Positions 13,268 through 25,900 of a DNA stretch of 64,000 bases are shown here, piece after piece; position 1 is the stretch's first letter; every line of letters starts with the position of its first letter. Source of the stretch: Azolla caroliniana (Eukaryota; Plantae; Polypodiophyta); NCBI GenBank assembly GCA_043228905.1, contig JBHGNT010000006.1, positions 9,300,001 through 9,364,000 of the forward strand, in the 5' to 3' direction. Position numbers and translations under genes: made by a program. The notes beneath the pieces were generated by a model. The model worked only from the letters and a program-made list of their open reading frames with translations, ran no database searches and was not told the origin of the DNA.

Positions 13268-15493
13268 TGTTACCGGTTAGGAACATAGGCCACCCTCAGT
13301 CCTTCGGGGTTGCTTACAAGGTGATCATGGTGCAAGGGAATAGGGATGTGTAGTGCGTGATTTGTAGGGCATAAGGGGAAGACGGCTACAACGTAACCTC
13401 CATAGGGGCGTAACACCCAACGTGTACTTAGGTTGTGTTTACTACAACACAATCTTGTACAGAGAACGAGACACGGAAACCAGAGACCAATAGACCAATA
13501 AACAGAGCACCAAGATCAGAGAAGATAAACTATATTAAAACGGAACTCTCATAATACGCTAGCCCTTTACAATGGTCTCTCGCCCTTTATATACACAGGG
13601 CTTCTAATCGGTTACGCTCCCTGCGTACAATCGTTACACGCGTTACTTTAACGCTCCTAATATAATACTCTATTCTCCATGCGTTATGTTCGGTGGTTAC
13701 AATTCCAACGGACAACACCTGGCACGCTTGTGGGATAGTGCCATGGCACGTCGAACCCATCCGCTTCCTATTCGTTGCCCAAAATGTCGAGGATGTTCAG
13801 CTCTGTTCATTTGTCATGCACTAGAGTGACGTGATGTCTGTAGGTGCTTCATTGGTACGCTCGGCCGATGCGTCGGTTTCCATGTTGCCCTCGTCACGCG
13901 ACTCCGTTCTTTGATTTCGGTCCGTATACCGGGGACGCTCCTCTTGCTGGCCTTGGTCATTCTTGCGAAATTTCCGTTGTGGCTCCATACAGCGTACTAC
14001 CGGTGTGGGCCTGTTCAGCATATTGTATTCACATTGATCCATCATGTGTGTTCGTGAGTGGCAAATGGGGCAATGTATTCTCATATTACATTCAACCGCG
14101 GAATGCCCGAAGTTTAAATAGATTGTGCACTGAATGGCTTGGCGGAATCGATGTTCCTCTTCTTGAGGCAACGCCTGTCATAACGATGCCATGGACAGTC
14201 CTTCATCTTCCTCCTCTAACTCGAGTTGTAATGATCGCTCGATGACCATATCCGACGTCTCCCCTTTCACACTTCAGCATCGTCCGGATAGGCTGTCGTA
14301 GGGCTGCCAAAAACGTTTCCTTGGCCTCTTCATCGCCGGGGCCCGTGTAAGGTTCCATCGTAAACTTTGGAAATGCAGACTGAAATCCGCTACGGATTCT
14401 ATTGGAAGTTGCTTGATGGTATAGAACTGACCGATAATTTCACGTTGTGGCACCCTCCGATGAAAAAAATGCAAGAACTTCGATTGCAACTAGTCAAAGG
14501 TTGTGATTGCTGCCAAATCCATTTGGGAATGCCAACACGCAGCCTGACCATCCAAAGTTAACCCGAACTCGGTGATCTTCGATGCGTGGGCTTCCGTGTC
14601 TTCAAACCTCTACACGATGTGATTAGCATTCCAGACATTGAGGAACAATCGTATGTGGCTCACAACGTCGGTTTCTCTGTTGAAGCGGGGGTATGAAAAA
14701 GACATTCTGGTCGCGATGGTGACCGTCGGCAAACGAAGGTTATTGACACCCGTGGTGTGAGCTACTGTGGCGTTTGTTCACACTACTTTGGTCGTGTGGC
14801 GATAAGACTTCGTGATCAAAGCTGCTCTGTTCTGTGAGCGTGGAGTCTACCGTGTACTCTTGAAAAGAGGAGGTGTGGTCGCTGAGACGGGGTTTCCGCG
14901 TAGTGCGTTCTTCTATTTGTTTGGTGATGGATCTAGTTAGTGGTTGATCTTGTTGCATAGGTTCTCTAATACGTCGGTGTCTAGACATCCATTCCTTGCT
15001 TGCTCGGTTGCGAGGATTCACAGATCACCAAGCGTGCCAAAAGTGTTACCGGTTAGGAACACAAGCCACCCTCAGTCCTTCGGGGTAGCTTACAAGGTGA
15101 TCGTGGTGCAAGGGAATATGGAAGTGTAGTGCGTGATTTGTAGGGCATAAGGGGAAGACGACTACAACCTAACCTCCATAGGGGTGTAGCACCCAACGCG
15201 TACTTACCTTGTGTTTACTGCAACACAGTCTTATACAGAGAACGATACACGGAAACCAGAGACCAATAGACCAATAGACAGAGCACCAAGATCAGAGAAG
15301 ATAAACTATATTAAAACAACACTCTCATAATACGCTAGCCCTTTACAATGGTCTCTCGCCCTTTATATACACAGAGCTTCTAATCGGTTATGCTCCCTGT
15401 GTACAACCGTTACACGCGTTACTTTAACGCTCCTAATATAATACTCTATTCTCCATGCGTTATGTTTGGCGGTTACAATTCCAATGGACAACA
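13268..15493 (-). mobile_element. Non-autonomous gag-only Ty3/gypsy LTR element C (TR-GAG-like, 2.2 kb)
   Basis: Two 450-bp LTRs (13268-13717, 15044-15493; TGTTACC...GACAACA on plus). PBS TGGCACGC lies next to the right LTR on minus. The interior has degenerate gag (KITEFGLTLDG, FLHFFHRRVPQREIIGQFY, Cys/His knuckles) and no pol. Confidence 0.82.
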
Positions 15494-15828
15494 ATGTATC
15501 TACCCTTTTGTAACTATTTAACCCCTTATGGGGAATGAATGAATAAGAAAGAAAGATCTCTCTCTCTCTCTCTCTTCCCTTATGTTGAACCCCCTTGGGA
15601 GGGGGGTGTACGGTTAGAGTTAATATTTATGATAATGATGATTGGTGATGGAGATTGAGAAGCCTTACGGGGTGGGGGGTGGTGCCTAGAATGGCTCCAC
15701 CCCCCTCCCAAGGGGGTTCAACATAAGGGAAGAGAGAGAGGAAGAGATGACAAGAGAGAGAAAAATCTTCCTTTCTTATTCATTCATTCCACATAAGGGG
15801 TTAAATAGTTACAAAAGGGTAGATGCAT
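15494..15828. mobile_element. Foldback/MITE-like element with ~115-130-bp inverted arms
   Basis: ATGTATCTACCCTTTTGTAACTATTTAACCCCTTATG...TGTTGAACCCCCTTGGGAGGGGGGTG is mirrored by CACCCCCCTCCCAAGGGGGTTCAACA...CATAAGGGGTTAAATAGTTACAAAAGGGTAGATGCAT; no clear TSD. Confidence 0.75.
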
Positions 15829-17204
15829 TGGGGTGCAAGTCCCCTTGACCATTCACACTTATCACTCACTCACACCTCCTCATATCAGTCTAGATGCACA
15901 CATGTGTGCATGTGTTTTCATACGCAATACTCACACTCACAATTACGCTTGTGCCCATCTACACATACACATCAACAACATTATAGAATTCGACCCTTGC
16001 TCATCACACTACATCTCCCGTACATCCTGTACGGTAACACATTATGGCACACCCATGGGAGAGTGCCTTGCACGTCGATCCCACATGCCTTGATCGTCAT
16101 CATTCTTCGACTGGAACTTCCATCGGTCCTCTCATCGATTGACTCTCTTGATCGGAACGCTTGACTCGAACATCTCCTTCGGTCAGCGAATCTTCCTCGA
16201 CACGAACACTCCCGTTCTGTAGGCTCACGAACTTTGGTATCATTCGACTTGTCAAAAAAACGTTGTGTGTATGTGTATTCTTCCTTTTATTTTGTGAGTT
16301 GATCTCGTCCATTGCTTCCACGTTGATGAGTTTGCAAAATTATGTATTATACTCTCAAGATTTCTAAAATTTTGATAATGCCCTTAGTTAAATTTTATTA
16401 AATTTTATCATAAATTATGTCTGATACCCCTCTAATTTTTGAAATTTTCTACATGCCCCCCCCCCCTTGTTTTTTCCCTCTTTTTCCCTCTCTTTTCAGT
16501 TTTATTTTAGGTTTTTTTACTTTTTCTTCTTCTTCTGCTGCCGCTGCTTCCTCTAAGTGTTGCCTTTTGACGGCTGTTTTGAACGGTTTTGGCAAATTTA
16601 ACCGTATATGAAGGTTAATTTAAAAATGAAACTGTCAATCTTGACGGGCATATGTTTTATTAAAATGTAAAAATGAAGGCTTAAAATTTCTTAATACCGT
16701 CCAATTTTACTAAGACCAATACAATAGTATTATAATCCTAGCATCTGGGAACAATGTTACTGTTCCGGTTGCATTGGGACTTTATATAGTTTCCTAATGT
16801 TTCTCTAGACTCTAGACTCTAAATTATGAATCTCCTCTGCCCAAATCCCCGAATCCCCATCTAATTTCCCCCACTTTCCCCCTTTTTCCCCCTTTTCCCC
16901 TGTTTGTTCGTTCCTCCCTTAGCCCTACACGTTGCTGGAAGCTCGCTGCCCACTATCCCTACTCGAAGCTTGTTGCTCGTTGCCTGCTACTCATAGATTC
17001 AACAACATCTCCTGCTCACCCATCTAAGGTAGTGCTCTCTCTCTCTCTCTAAGATTAAAATAGACTAAACCATCCTCATTGAAGATTTCATAAAATTCCA
17101 TTGCCATGGACACCACTTACAAAGCACATAGGTGATACTTACAAAGCACATTCCATTTGGTGTCAAGTTTGTTTTTTTAACTAGTTTTTCTCCCTCATTT
17201 TCAG

Positions 17205-17474
17205 TCACAAAGAAGAGGTTTTGAATGCTAAAAGAAGAATTCAGAGAAAGATTTGCTTCCAAGAAACATGTGAGATATAAATACACATATCCACACACAT
17301 AAATGTAAATATTTATCTCCAAGAAACATGTATAAATCAGAGAACTTCTTTGGGAATACTTTGCTGCAGACCGAATATATCTTCAGCGCTATTTTCAAAT
17401 ACAACACAGCTTTAGGTCCTCCTTACCAAGTTCTTGTGGACACCAATTTCATCAATTTCTCCATTCAGAATAAA
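17205..17474 (+). pseudogene. FCF1: Two captured exons of FCF1/UTP24 (rRNA-processing PIN protein), frameshifted, inside the hAT
   Basis: AG/GT-bounded exons 17205-17269 (HKEEVLNA.KKNSEKDLLPRN) and 17370-17474 ([34 protein letters not shown]); each has a 1-nt frameshift. Confidence 0.85.
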
Positions 17475-18334
17475 GTAAGTATCTTTCATGTTGTCTTGGT
17501 TTTAAGTGTGTTATGGGGCATTTCATGCTTAAGTCAATCTTTCAAATAAATAATTCCATTATGGCATAAAACCTGTGTGTCTAGAGAGGCAAATAAATGA
17601 TGATATATTAAAACAACACACAAGGACAACTGTGAGTCTTTCATAATGGTTGCTGACATGTGGGACCAGAAATCATTACAAAATCACTCTCCCTAGTTGC
17701 ATAGGTGATGGATTTAAAAATGGTGGAATGTAAGGAAAATGAAAAGTTGTAATAGAAAACTAGGCAAGTGGCTGAAATTCATTATTTTGATCTTCCACAA
17801 GATTTTGGTTCTATGGTTGAGTACATGAGTGAATGGAATGACTATTGGATGGCGTCAGTGATGGCTACATTCTTGCTATAAGAATATAACAATAGGTAGT
17901 GAAATTCAAGGCAGCAATGAGCCATTTCTCATGTGGCAGCAATGAGCCATTTGAAGGCATTGTTCTTGCTTTCAATATGTACTTGTAAACTCTTTGAAGG
18001 GCATAAACGCCTATTGAAATTGTTGTTGACGGTGAGGTCATAGATGAGGAGTGCGGAATGGTGTGACAACGGCTTCGGCTTGTGATAAGGGGAGGTGGGA
18101 GAGGCGTGATTAGGGATAAGGGATGGGAGTTAATTGCTAATGTTAGGGCTAAACGGAAGATTAATAACAAATTAAGATTAAAACATAAACCTAAATCTAT
18201 CTAAATCTACCTACAAGAAACTAGGGGGAGGGAAGATGGGGTTAGTTAATGACAAGATTAAAAATAATTAAATGAAACATGATTATAACAATAAACATCC
18301 TAGCCTATTTTGAGAGACAGGAAGAGATAACATA

Positions 18335-19000
18335 ATAGTTACTAATTAAAAATTAAGAGAGAGAGAGAGAGATTAAGGAGGAGATTCCACACTAATTATT
18401 AATTAAAAATTAAAAGAGAGAGGAGAAGAGAGGGAGATTAAGGAGGAGATTATAAACTATTGACTTAATTAAAAATTACAAGAGAGGGAGAGAGACTAAG
18501 GAGAGATTACATACTAATTACTTAGTTAAAAATTAAAGAGAGAGAGATACATTAAGGAGAAGATTAAATACTAATTAGTATTTAAAAATTAAGAGAGAGA
18601 GAGAGAGATTAAGAAGAAGATTGCATACTAATTACTAATTAAAAATAAAATAGAGAGAGATTAAGGAGGAGATTACATATTAATTACTAATTAAAAATTA
18701 AAAGAGAGAGAGAGAGACATTAAGGAGGTGATTAAAACTAATTACTAATTAAAATTTAAAAGAGAGAGACATTAAGGAGGAGATTACAAACTAATTACTA
18801 ATTAAAAATCAAAAGAGAGAGATTAAGGATGAGATTACATATTAATTACTAATTAAAAATTAAGAGAGAGAGAGACATTAAGGAGGTGATTAAAACTAAT
18901 TACTAATTAAAATTTAAAAGAGAGAGACATTAAGGAGGAGAATACATACAAATTACTAATTAAAATTAAAAGAGTTAGAGAGAGAGAGAGAGAGATTAAG
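18335..19000. repeat. Diverged ~55-60-bp tandem array (about 11-12 units) inside the hAT
   Basis: Unit approximately TAATTACTAATTAAAAATTAA(AG)nATTAAGGAGGAGATTACA. Confidence 0.85.
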
Positions 19001-19202
19001 ACATGTAGTTATCATTAGAAATGGAAAATTACATGGGGTGGGGGATGAGGGCATGGTCAAATACAATGGGCAAACTAGTTTCGCCCCTAAGGGCTCAATA
19101 GGTCATAACTAATATGTATGGGTTGAATGATGCTAGTGATTGTTTTGAATTGATGGCATGATCTTTTCTTACATGTTCCATTTCTTCTTATTTAGCATAA
19201 TT

Positions 19203-21485
19203 ATGGCTCCCAAAAGAAAAAATCAATGAACCATTAGTGCAATGTTTGCATGGAAACCATCGAACGATACAAATGACATAAATATAAACAATGATGTAAA
19301 TGAGGATATGGACTTGTTCGAGACTGATTTAGAGAGTTTAACTAAAGAGAGTTGTTCCTCTAAAACCAAAGAAAAGCCTAAGAGAAAATTTCGTGATGCA
19401 TGGAGAGATAAATTCCCATGGATACGATGCATTATGCAAGGAGAGAAAACATTAATGAAATGTACATGGTGTGAGAAATATGCTAGTCCTGGGCCTTGGG
19501 GTGTTGGTTCTGGATGCATTACTTTGCAACTTGATGCAATTTTGACCCATGTTAACTCAAGTGGTCATAAATTATGTGCATCAAAGTGGATGTGTGATGT
19601 TGAAGGGAAAGCAATGTCCATCCCAAAGCATGTCTCACAATTGGATGATATTAATAAAAATAAGGTCATAACAACAATGAAACTCATGTACTTTATTGCA
19701 AAAGAAGATTTGTCTATCGCTACATACCAAGAATTATGTGATTTGGTTGTGCTACTAGAGGTGCCTAATATGCCTAAGCAACATGATTATATATCTTATA
19801 CTAGTAGATATGGAGGATATGAAATTTTGGTTGCCTTTGGGAAATATCTTCTAGAAATTCAAAGCTAAAACCTAATAAATTCCCCATACTACTCTTTGAT
19901 GCTAGATGAAAGTACTAACAATGGATTAGAGTTGCATCTCATTGTGAATGTTACATACTTGCAATGTGGTGGTTGTGGGCCTAAGCAAACTGAATATATG
20001 GGTTTGCTGAAAATTCCCAATGGTAAAGGTAGAACTATATATGAACATGTTAAGCATCTATTAGGCGATCAATGCCTCAACATGAACAAGTTGATTGGAT
20101 TAGCAACGGATGGTGCGTCATCAATGATTGGTAGTGAAATTGGAACAATAACATTAATCAAAAATAATATCCCAAATTTGGTTGGTGTACATTGTATTGC
20201 TCATAGAGAAGCATTGGTTATTTCAGATGTATCTAAAGATATCCCTGAGCTCATTCTTGTAGAAAAAATTGCAAATAAGGTATATGCATGGGCTAACAAT
20301 AGTACCAAAAGGACACATGAAATTTTAGAGCTCTTGGAACAAATGCAATTGGATGCTCATAGACCCTTACAAATTCATAATATTTGTTGGTTGTCACGTG
20401 GTCAAGTCATGGAAAGACTAGTGAGTATAATGCCAACAATACTTACTATTTGGAAGAAAGAGAACTTAAATGAGTGGTACAATAAAGAGTAGTATGGGGA
20501 ATTATTAGGTTTGAGCACTATAGATACAAAATTGCACACTATATTTTCTAGAACCCTTGTATCTATAGTGTGCAATTTTGCTTTTGTATGATGGTTGATG
20601 TGTTGCATTTGATGAATATTTTGAGCTTGAAACTTCAAAAAGAGAATTTGGATGTAACTTCAATTAGTGCAAAATTTGATATTTTACTATTTCTAATTTG
20701 CGGAGGTCTTTATGGAGAAATGACACATTTGCGGATGGAACAATGTATTTATCCAAGTTCTTAAGATGTTCTAAAGTTGGGTTTTTGGAAATAGAGGATA
20801 AAGATGGCGTTACATATAGACATGAACTATACTTCAAACAAATTCCTATGGATAAAGCAAGTCAAAATGATACGAATCCCAATATTACAAAATCTGGATC
20901 ACTTGAAAGTTGTATTAAACTATCTCAAAATTATGTGCAAAATGTTATTGATGGACTAAATGCAAGATTCCCTGACTTAAGCCTCTTCAATGCAGCAAAA
21001 TTATTCAGCCCATGCCATTATGCAGATGATGATGTGATTAGGGATACTAAAGCAAAGACATGGTTGGGAATTTTGATTTCTCACTTACAACCAAATGTTG
21101 ATGTCAATGCATGTCTTCAAATTTTACATAATGCAAAGGCTTGTGAAATGGAACTCTATAGGTTTGTTGACACTTTACTTTTAAATTGTGAAGGCTATAC
21201 TATGTAGGAAGCTTGGCGTATGTTTTGCAAATGAAGGATTAGCAAGATAGTTTCCCTCATTTGATGAAATTATGGCAAGCTACTTTGGTTATTCCATATA
21301 GCACAGTTTCGTGTGAGAGAGGGTTCTCTAAGCAAAATCTCATCAAAGAGATGAAAAGAAATCGATTGAATATAGAGCATTTAGATGATTTAATGCGGGT
21401 CTCATTGAATGGGCCACGCGTTGAAGAAATACAATGGGATCGTGTACATGAAATTTGGAAAGATGCAAAGGATAGAAGAGTATAA
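19203..21485 (+). pseudogene. hAT transposase (ZNF862-like), disrupted
   Basis: RKFRDAW..KFPW..C.WC zinc-finger-like start, MLDESTN, GLATDGASSMIG, VHCIAHREAL, WLSRG, C-terminal STVSCERGFSKQNLIK..RNRL dimerisation motif; several stops and frameshifts. Confidence 0.9.
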
Positions 21486-22921
21486 TGTATTGTTTCGTAC
21501 AAATATTCAATGTATTTACTTTTTGAAGGGCAATTCTTTTGACAAACCGTCATTTGACGGGCAAAATTTTTGGAATACCGTTCTCATGACAGGCAATGTT
21601 AGCCGTCAAAAGGCAACACTGCTTCCTCTCTTTCTTTCCTCTTCTTCTTCATTCTCTCAGTTTCTACTTCTTCTTTGTATCTTTCTTCTTCTCTTCTTGC
21701 TCGATTTCTTCTTTCACATCTTCTACTTCTTCTTCAGAATCTTCCTTTCATTTTCCGATGTTTCTTTTGAATCCTCTTCGTTGATCCTTTTCTTCTGCCA
21801 CTCCGTCGTTTCCATTGTCCATCATCGTTCATCATCGTTCATCCGCCCGTTTGTCGCCTGTTCATTCGGCTGATCGTCGTTATCGTTGTCTATCGGTCTT
21901 TGGTTCATCTTTGTTCATCCCTTCCAGTTGTTTCTCTGGCCATCTCTTGTCCATTTGAGTCGTTGGTGTTCTAGACGCTGCCACTTCGTAGCCACTATTG
22001 TCAGTCCGTCCGTAACAGGCATCCGGTCGTTGGCTATTTGGCACTTGTTCCCCCTGGCTCGTCTAGCTGTCTGTCTGTCGGTCTTTTCTTGGTCTTGTCC
22101 ATCGTTGCCATGATTGTCTCCATCTCTGTTCGTCCACTTTTTCAGATGGTGGATTTCCGGCCACCGCTCCTCAGGTCGCAGCTGTCTGGCCGTCTATCTG
22201 ACCTTGTCTGTACATTGTCCCAGCTTCTGGTCCATTCTAGTCGTCCAGTTCCGTCCGGTTCCATTGTCTCGGTAGTCGTCGTCGCTGTGGGGCATGGGGA
22301 AGGATCAGGTTCGAAAAAGGACAGTATACCGATTCCCTGCTCAACGGTGGTGGAGCCCAGACCGGAGAAAGAGCCAGCGGAAAGACCAGAAGTAGTGAAG
22401 ATGGTTCCGAAAGAGCTAGAGAAAGAAAGCCATATATCACCGGGTCTTCAAATGCAACAACAACAAGAGGAACACCGACCAGAACGAAAGGAGCCAATTA
22501 CATCGAGGCTTGAGGAGTAGCAAGAACTGATGTCGAAGCTAGTGTAGCAGTTCGTTGTACTCACACAACATAGAACCTACCAGCAATGGCTGGAGTGACT
22601 CAGAAAGCATTTTTCTGGTGTGGCTGACCGGATGGAAGAAGAACAATGGTTCGAGCGGAAACAAATAGAATGTTTTGTTGGCAACAATTGAAGAAGTTGA
22701 TAAGACCCAGAAGTGGATCCAGAGTCTGGAGGAGGAGCTCGCAAGGGCCAAGGAGTTCGTTGTGCTCATGCCAAATATGGGCCAAAGCACAAGGTCAAGA
22801 ACAGAGCCGGTAGAATTGGATAATCCACTGAGCCTAGGAAAAGGAAAAACCGGTGGCTAGCACATCCCCGGAAAAAGAATGTGAGCGGGAGAAAGGGAGG
22901 AGTTGGCCGCTCAAGAATCAC

Positions 22922-22970
<49 letters not shown>

Positions 22971-25900
22971 ACAGGAAGACAACTGAGGAAGAGAAACGGA
23001 GAACCGAGGAAAGTCTCCGGAAGAGTCAAGTAAATAACGACCCGCTGAAGGAAGAAAGAGAGAACTTGCTGCAAGAGAAGGATAAGCTACGCAAAATGGC
23101 GGAGAGAGAAATAGAAAGGCTAAAGGAAGAAATCCGGCCGCAGAAGGATCGGGATGATCGGTTGCGGTCACAGGTCAACTAGCGCCTAAAACGGAAAACG
23201 GAGGACTTCGAGAAGTTGTTTTGGGACCATAAGCAACTGGAGGCGGAACATAAGAAGTTGTTATGAATATGTCCCTCCTATGGGAAAAGCCGATTGGTCA
23301 GGCTGAGTGCCAACAATCGAAGACCTGGAGAGTTGACTTAGGGGAGTCGATAATAGGACAATCAAGGTCGAAGACACGACCAACCAGTCGGGCCGACCGA
23401 ATGGTTGAAGATAAGGCCGACTGGACAGTCGACACTGGAGATGACTAGCTGAATCGACTAGTTGATCAATCGGCTGAATAACTATTATTGTTATATAATA
23501 ATAGGAATGACAGTAGCAGTGGCTACATTTGTAAATAGCCCATACAATGTATAAGTATAAATACACTTAGGGCAAACATAGAGTGTGTAGAACAACATAG
23601 TTGTGAGCCTCCGTTGTAGTGAGCGACAGAGAGGAGAGAGGGTGTGAGTGAGAAGGAGAGAGCGGCGCCATAACCTAGTGAGGTTTGATGCCAAGAGCCC
23701 TATGTAGCTGATGCACTCTGTGTGGAGAGTGTTGTATTCTGATCTCATCTTATATTCTCTTGTGCATAGTGGAATCTCCGTTCTCCCGTGATTTTCCCCG
23801 TTTAGGATTTACACATAAAACTGTGTATTCTGTGTATTTGTTGTGTTTTTGATATTTCGTTGTAATATTGTCAATGACACAGTTGGTCTTTCTTAGAATC
23901 GGAAGCGAGCGAATCTCAACAATATGGTATCAGAGCGAGGTTGAAGATGGAAGGTGGTTTAAGCGGCTTCTCAAGCATGATAGTTCTAAACTCTCAGAAC
24001 TATGCGTATTGGAAGATAAAGATGGAGGACCTTCTCATAGTCAAAGACCTGTATGATGCAACTGAGAGAGAAGAAATACCCATAGGGGTACTAGAGTCGG
24101 AATACTTCTTAACATAAAGGCGGTGGCCACCATCCGACAGTGTGTCGATGTAAGTGTCCTTTAACAGGTGGCGAACGACATAAATGCTTACAAGATGTGG
24201 CAGAAGTTGTCAGGTTTATATGAGAGGAAGAATGCCCTGAACAAAAAATCTTTGATGAAGAAGATTGTGAGGCTGAAATACAAGGATAGGGAAAGCATAG
24301 TCGAGCACGTCAGAACATGCATGGGGTATGTAAATAAACTTGCTGCAACCAAGTTTCCCCTTGAGGATGCAATGCAAACCATCCTCCTATTATGCACCCT
24401 ACCAAACATCTGGGAGAATCTAGTGGTGACTCTCAGCACCTCGTGTCAGGAAGAGAACTTGTCTTTAGAAGCGGTAAAGACAAGCATCTTGAACGAGGAG
24501 ACTAGAAGAAAGGACAAGGGTGTCTTGGCCCAGACGGAGTCAAACTTGACTCAACACATAGACAGAGGAAGGAATCGACAAAGGAGTCTACCAAGGAGAG
24601 AAAAGTCCCATGCCAAATCCAAGTCGAGAGGTAAGATAACATGTTTCTATTGTGGAAAGCCTAAACACTTTCAGAAGGACTGTCGACACCTCAAGAAGGA
24701 CAAGAGTGTCGGAAATAATGTTGAACCTAGGAAGATTCCTGATGAAAAGGGCACATTTGTCGTAGCTACGAGTGCAGAGGAGATCTTGTTCATTTGTGAG
24801 CAAGCAAGCACAAATCTTGCAAGCAAAGAGTGCACCTAGGTAATCGACTCAGTTGCATCATTCCACATAACTCCGTCGAGAGAGTGTTTCTACTTACATA
24901 GCCGGTGATCATGGTTATGTAAAGATGGGAGATCATGGTGAGTGCAAGATAGCAGACACTAGAAGCGTGTGCTTGACGACGTCGTCTAACGTTGAGAGAA
25001 GTTCGACATGTCCCCGATATAAGATTGAATCTGATATTGACTAGAAGATTGGAGGACGAAGGCTACAATGGCAGAGTCGGAAACGACAAGTGGAAATTCT
25101 ACCGTGGCAACCTCATAGTGGCACGAGCACAAAAAGAGGGCACGTTGTATACGATGCATGCCCGAATGTGCATGTCGGAAGTGAATGTGGCAGCTAACTT
25201 GAGTGGAGAGTTATGGCATAAGAGGCTCGGCCACTTGAGTGAAAAATGAATGCACATCCTGGCCGACTAGGAACTTCTCCCCGAAGTGAAAGGAGTACAC
25301 TTGGAGAAGTGTGTCGATTGCTTATTCAGAAAGCATTCCATACAAGACCACCAAGAAGAAGAGAAGTTGCACTGGAACTAGTACACGCAGATGTGTGCTA
25401 TGTGGATGCTCCATCACATCGAGGTGGAGAGTATTTCGTAAAGTTTATTGACGACTATAGTCGAAAGACTTGGGCCTTCGTACTGAAGTCGAAGGATCAA
25501 GTATTGTCAATGCTCAAGGAGTTCTAGGCAAGAACCGACTGAGAGTTGGGTCGGAAGTTAAAGGTTGTCTAAACTCACAATGGTGATGAATATAAAGGAC
25601 AATTCAAGGAATACTACAAGGCCCAAGGTATTCGAATCAAATACACTGTGCCAAAGACCCTGAGTTGAACGGGCTCGCAGAGAGGATGAATCGAACAATC
25701 ATGGAGAGAGTAAGGAGCATGCTCTCTCATGCTAAATTGCAGAAATCGTATTGGACTGAGGCGATGTACACAGTCATGTACCTGATCAACAGGTCCCCCT
25801 TAGTACCATTGAAAGATGATGTCCCACAGAGGGCGTGAATAGGAAAGGATGTCTCCTATCGACACCTGAGGGTGTTCAGATTCTTAGTGTATATGCATGT

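Larger units (their letters stand above)
16555..21621 (+). mobile_element. hAT DNA transposon (~5.07 kb)
   Basis: 21-bp TIRs (A/C)AGTGTTGCCTTTTGACGGCT at 16555-16575 and 21601-21621; 8-bp TSD CTTCCTCT at 16547-16554 and 21622-21629; subterminal TGACGG/CCGTC motifs. Confidence 0.92.

Noticed and set aside
13262-15833. TSD for element C (CGGGG/TGGGG across the MITE)
   Set aside because: Off by one base, and gypsy pol does not resume afterwards, so it is not supportable
15830-16554. Partial LTR + PBS (GGTAACA..TGGCACACCC, ~16040) and a Mutator-like terminus (~16328-16470)
   Set aside because: No partner LTR/TIR or TSD in the window; too weak to call
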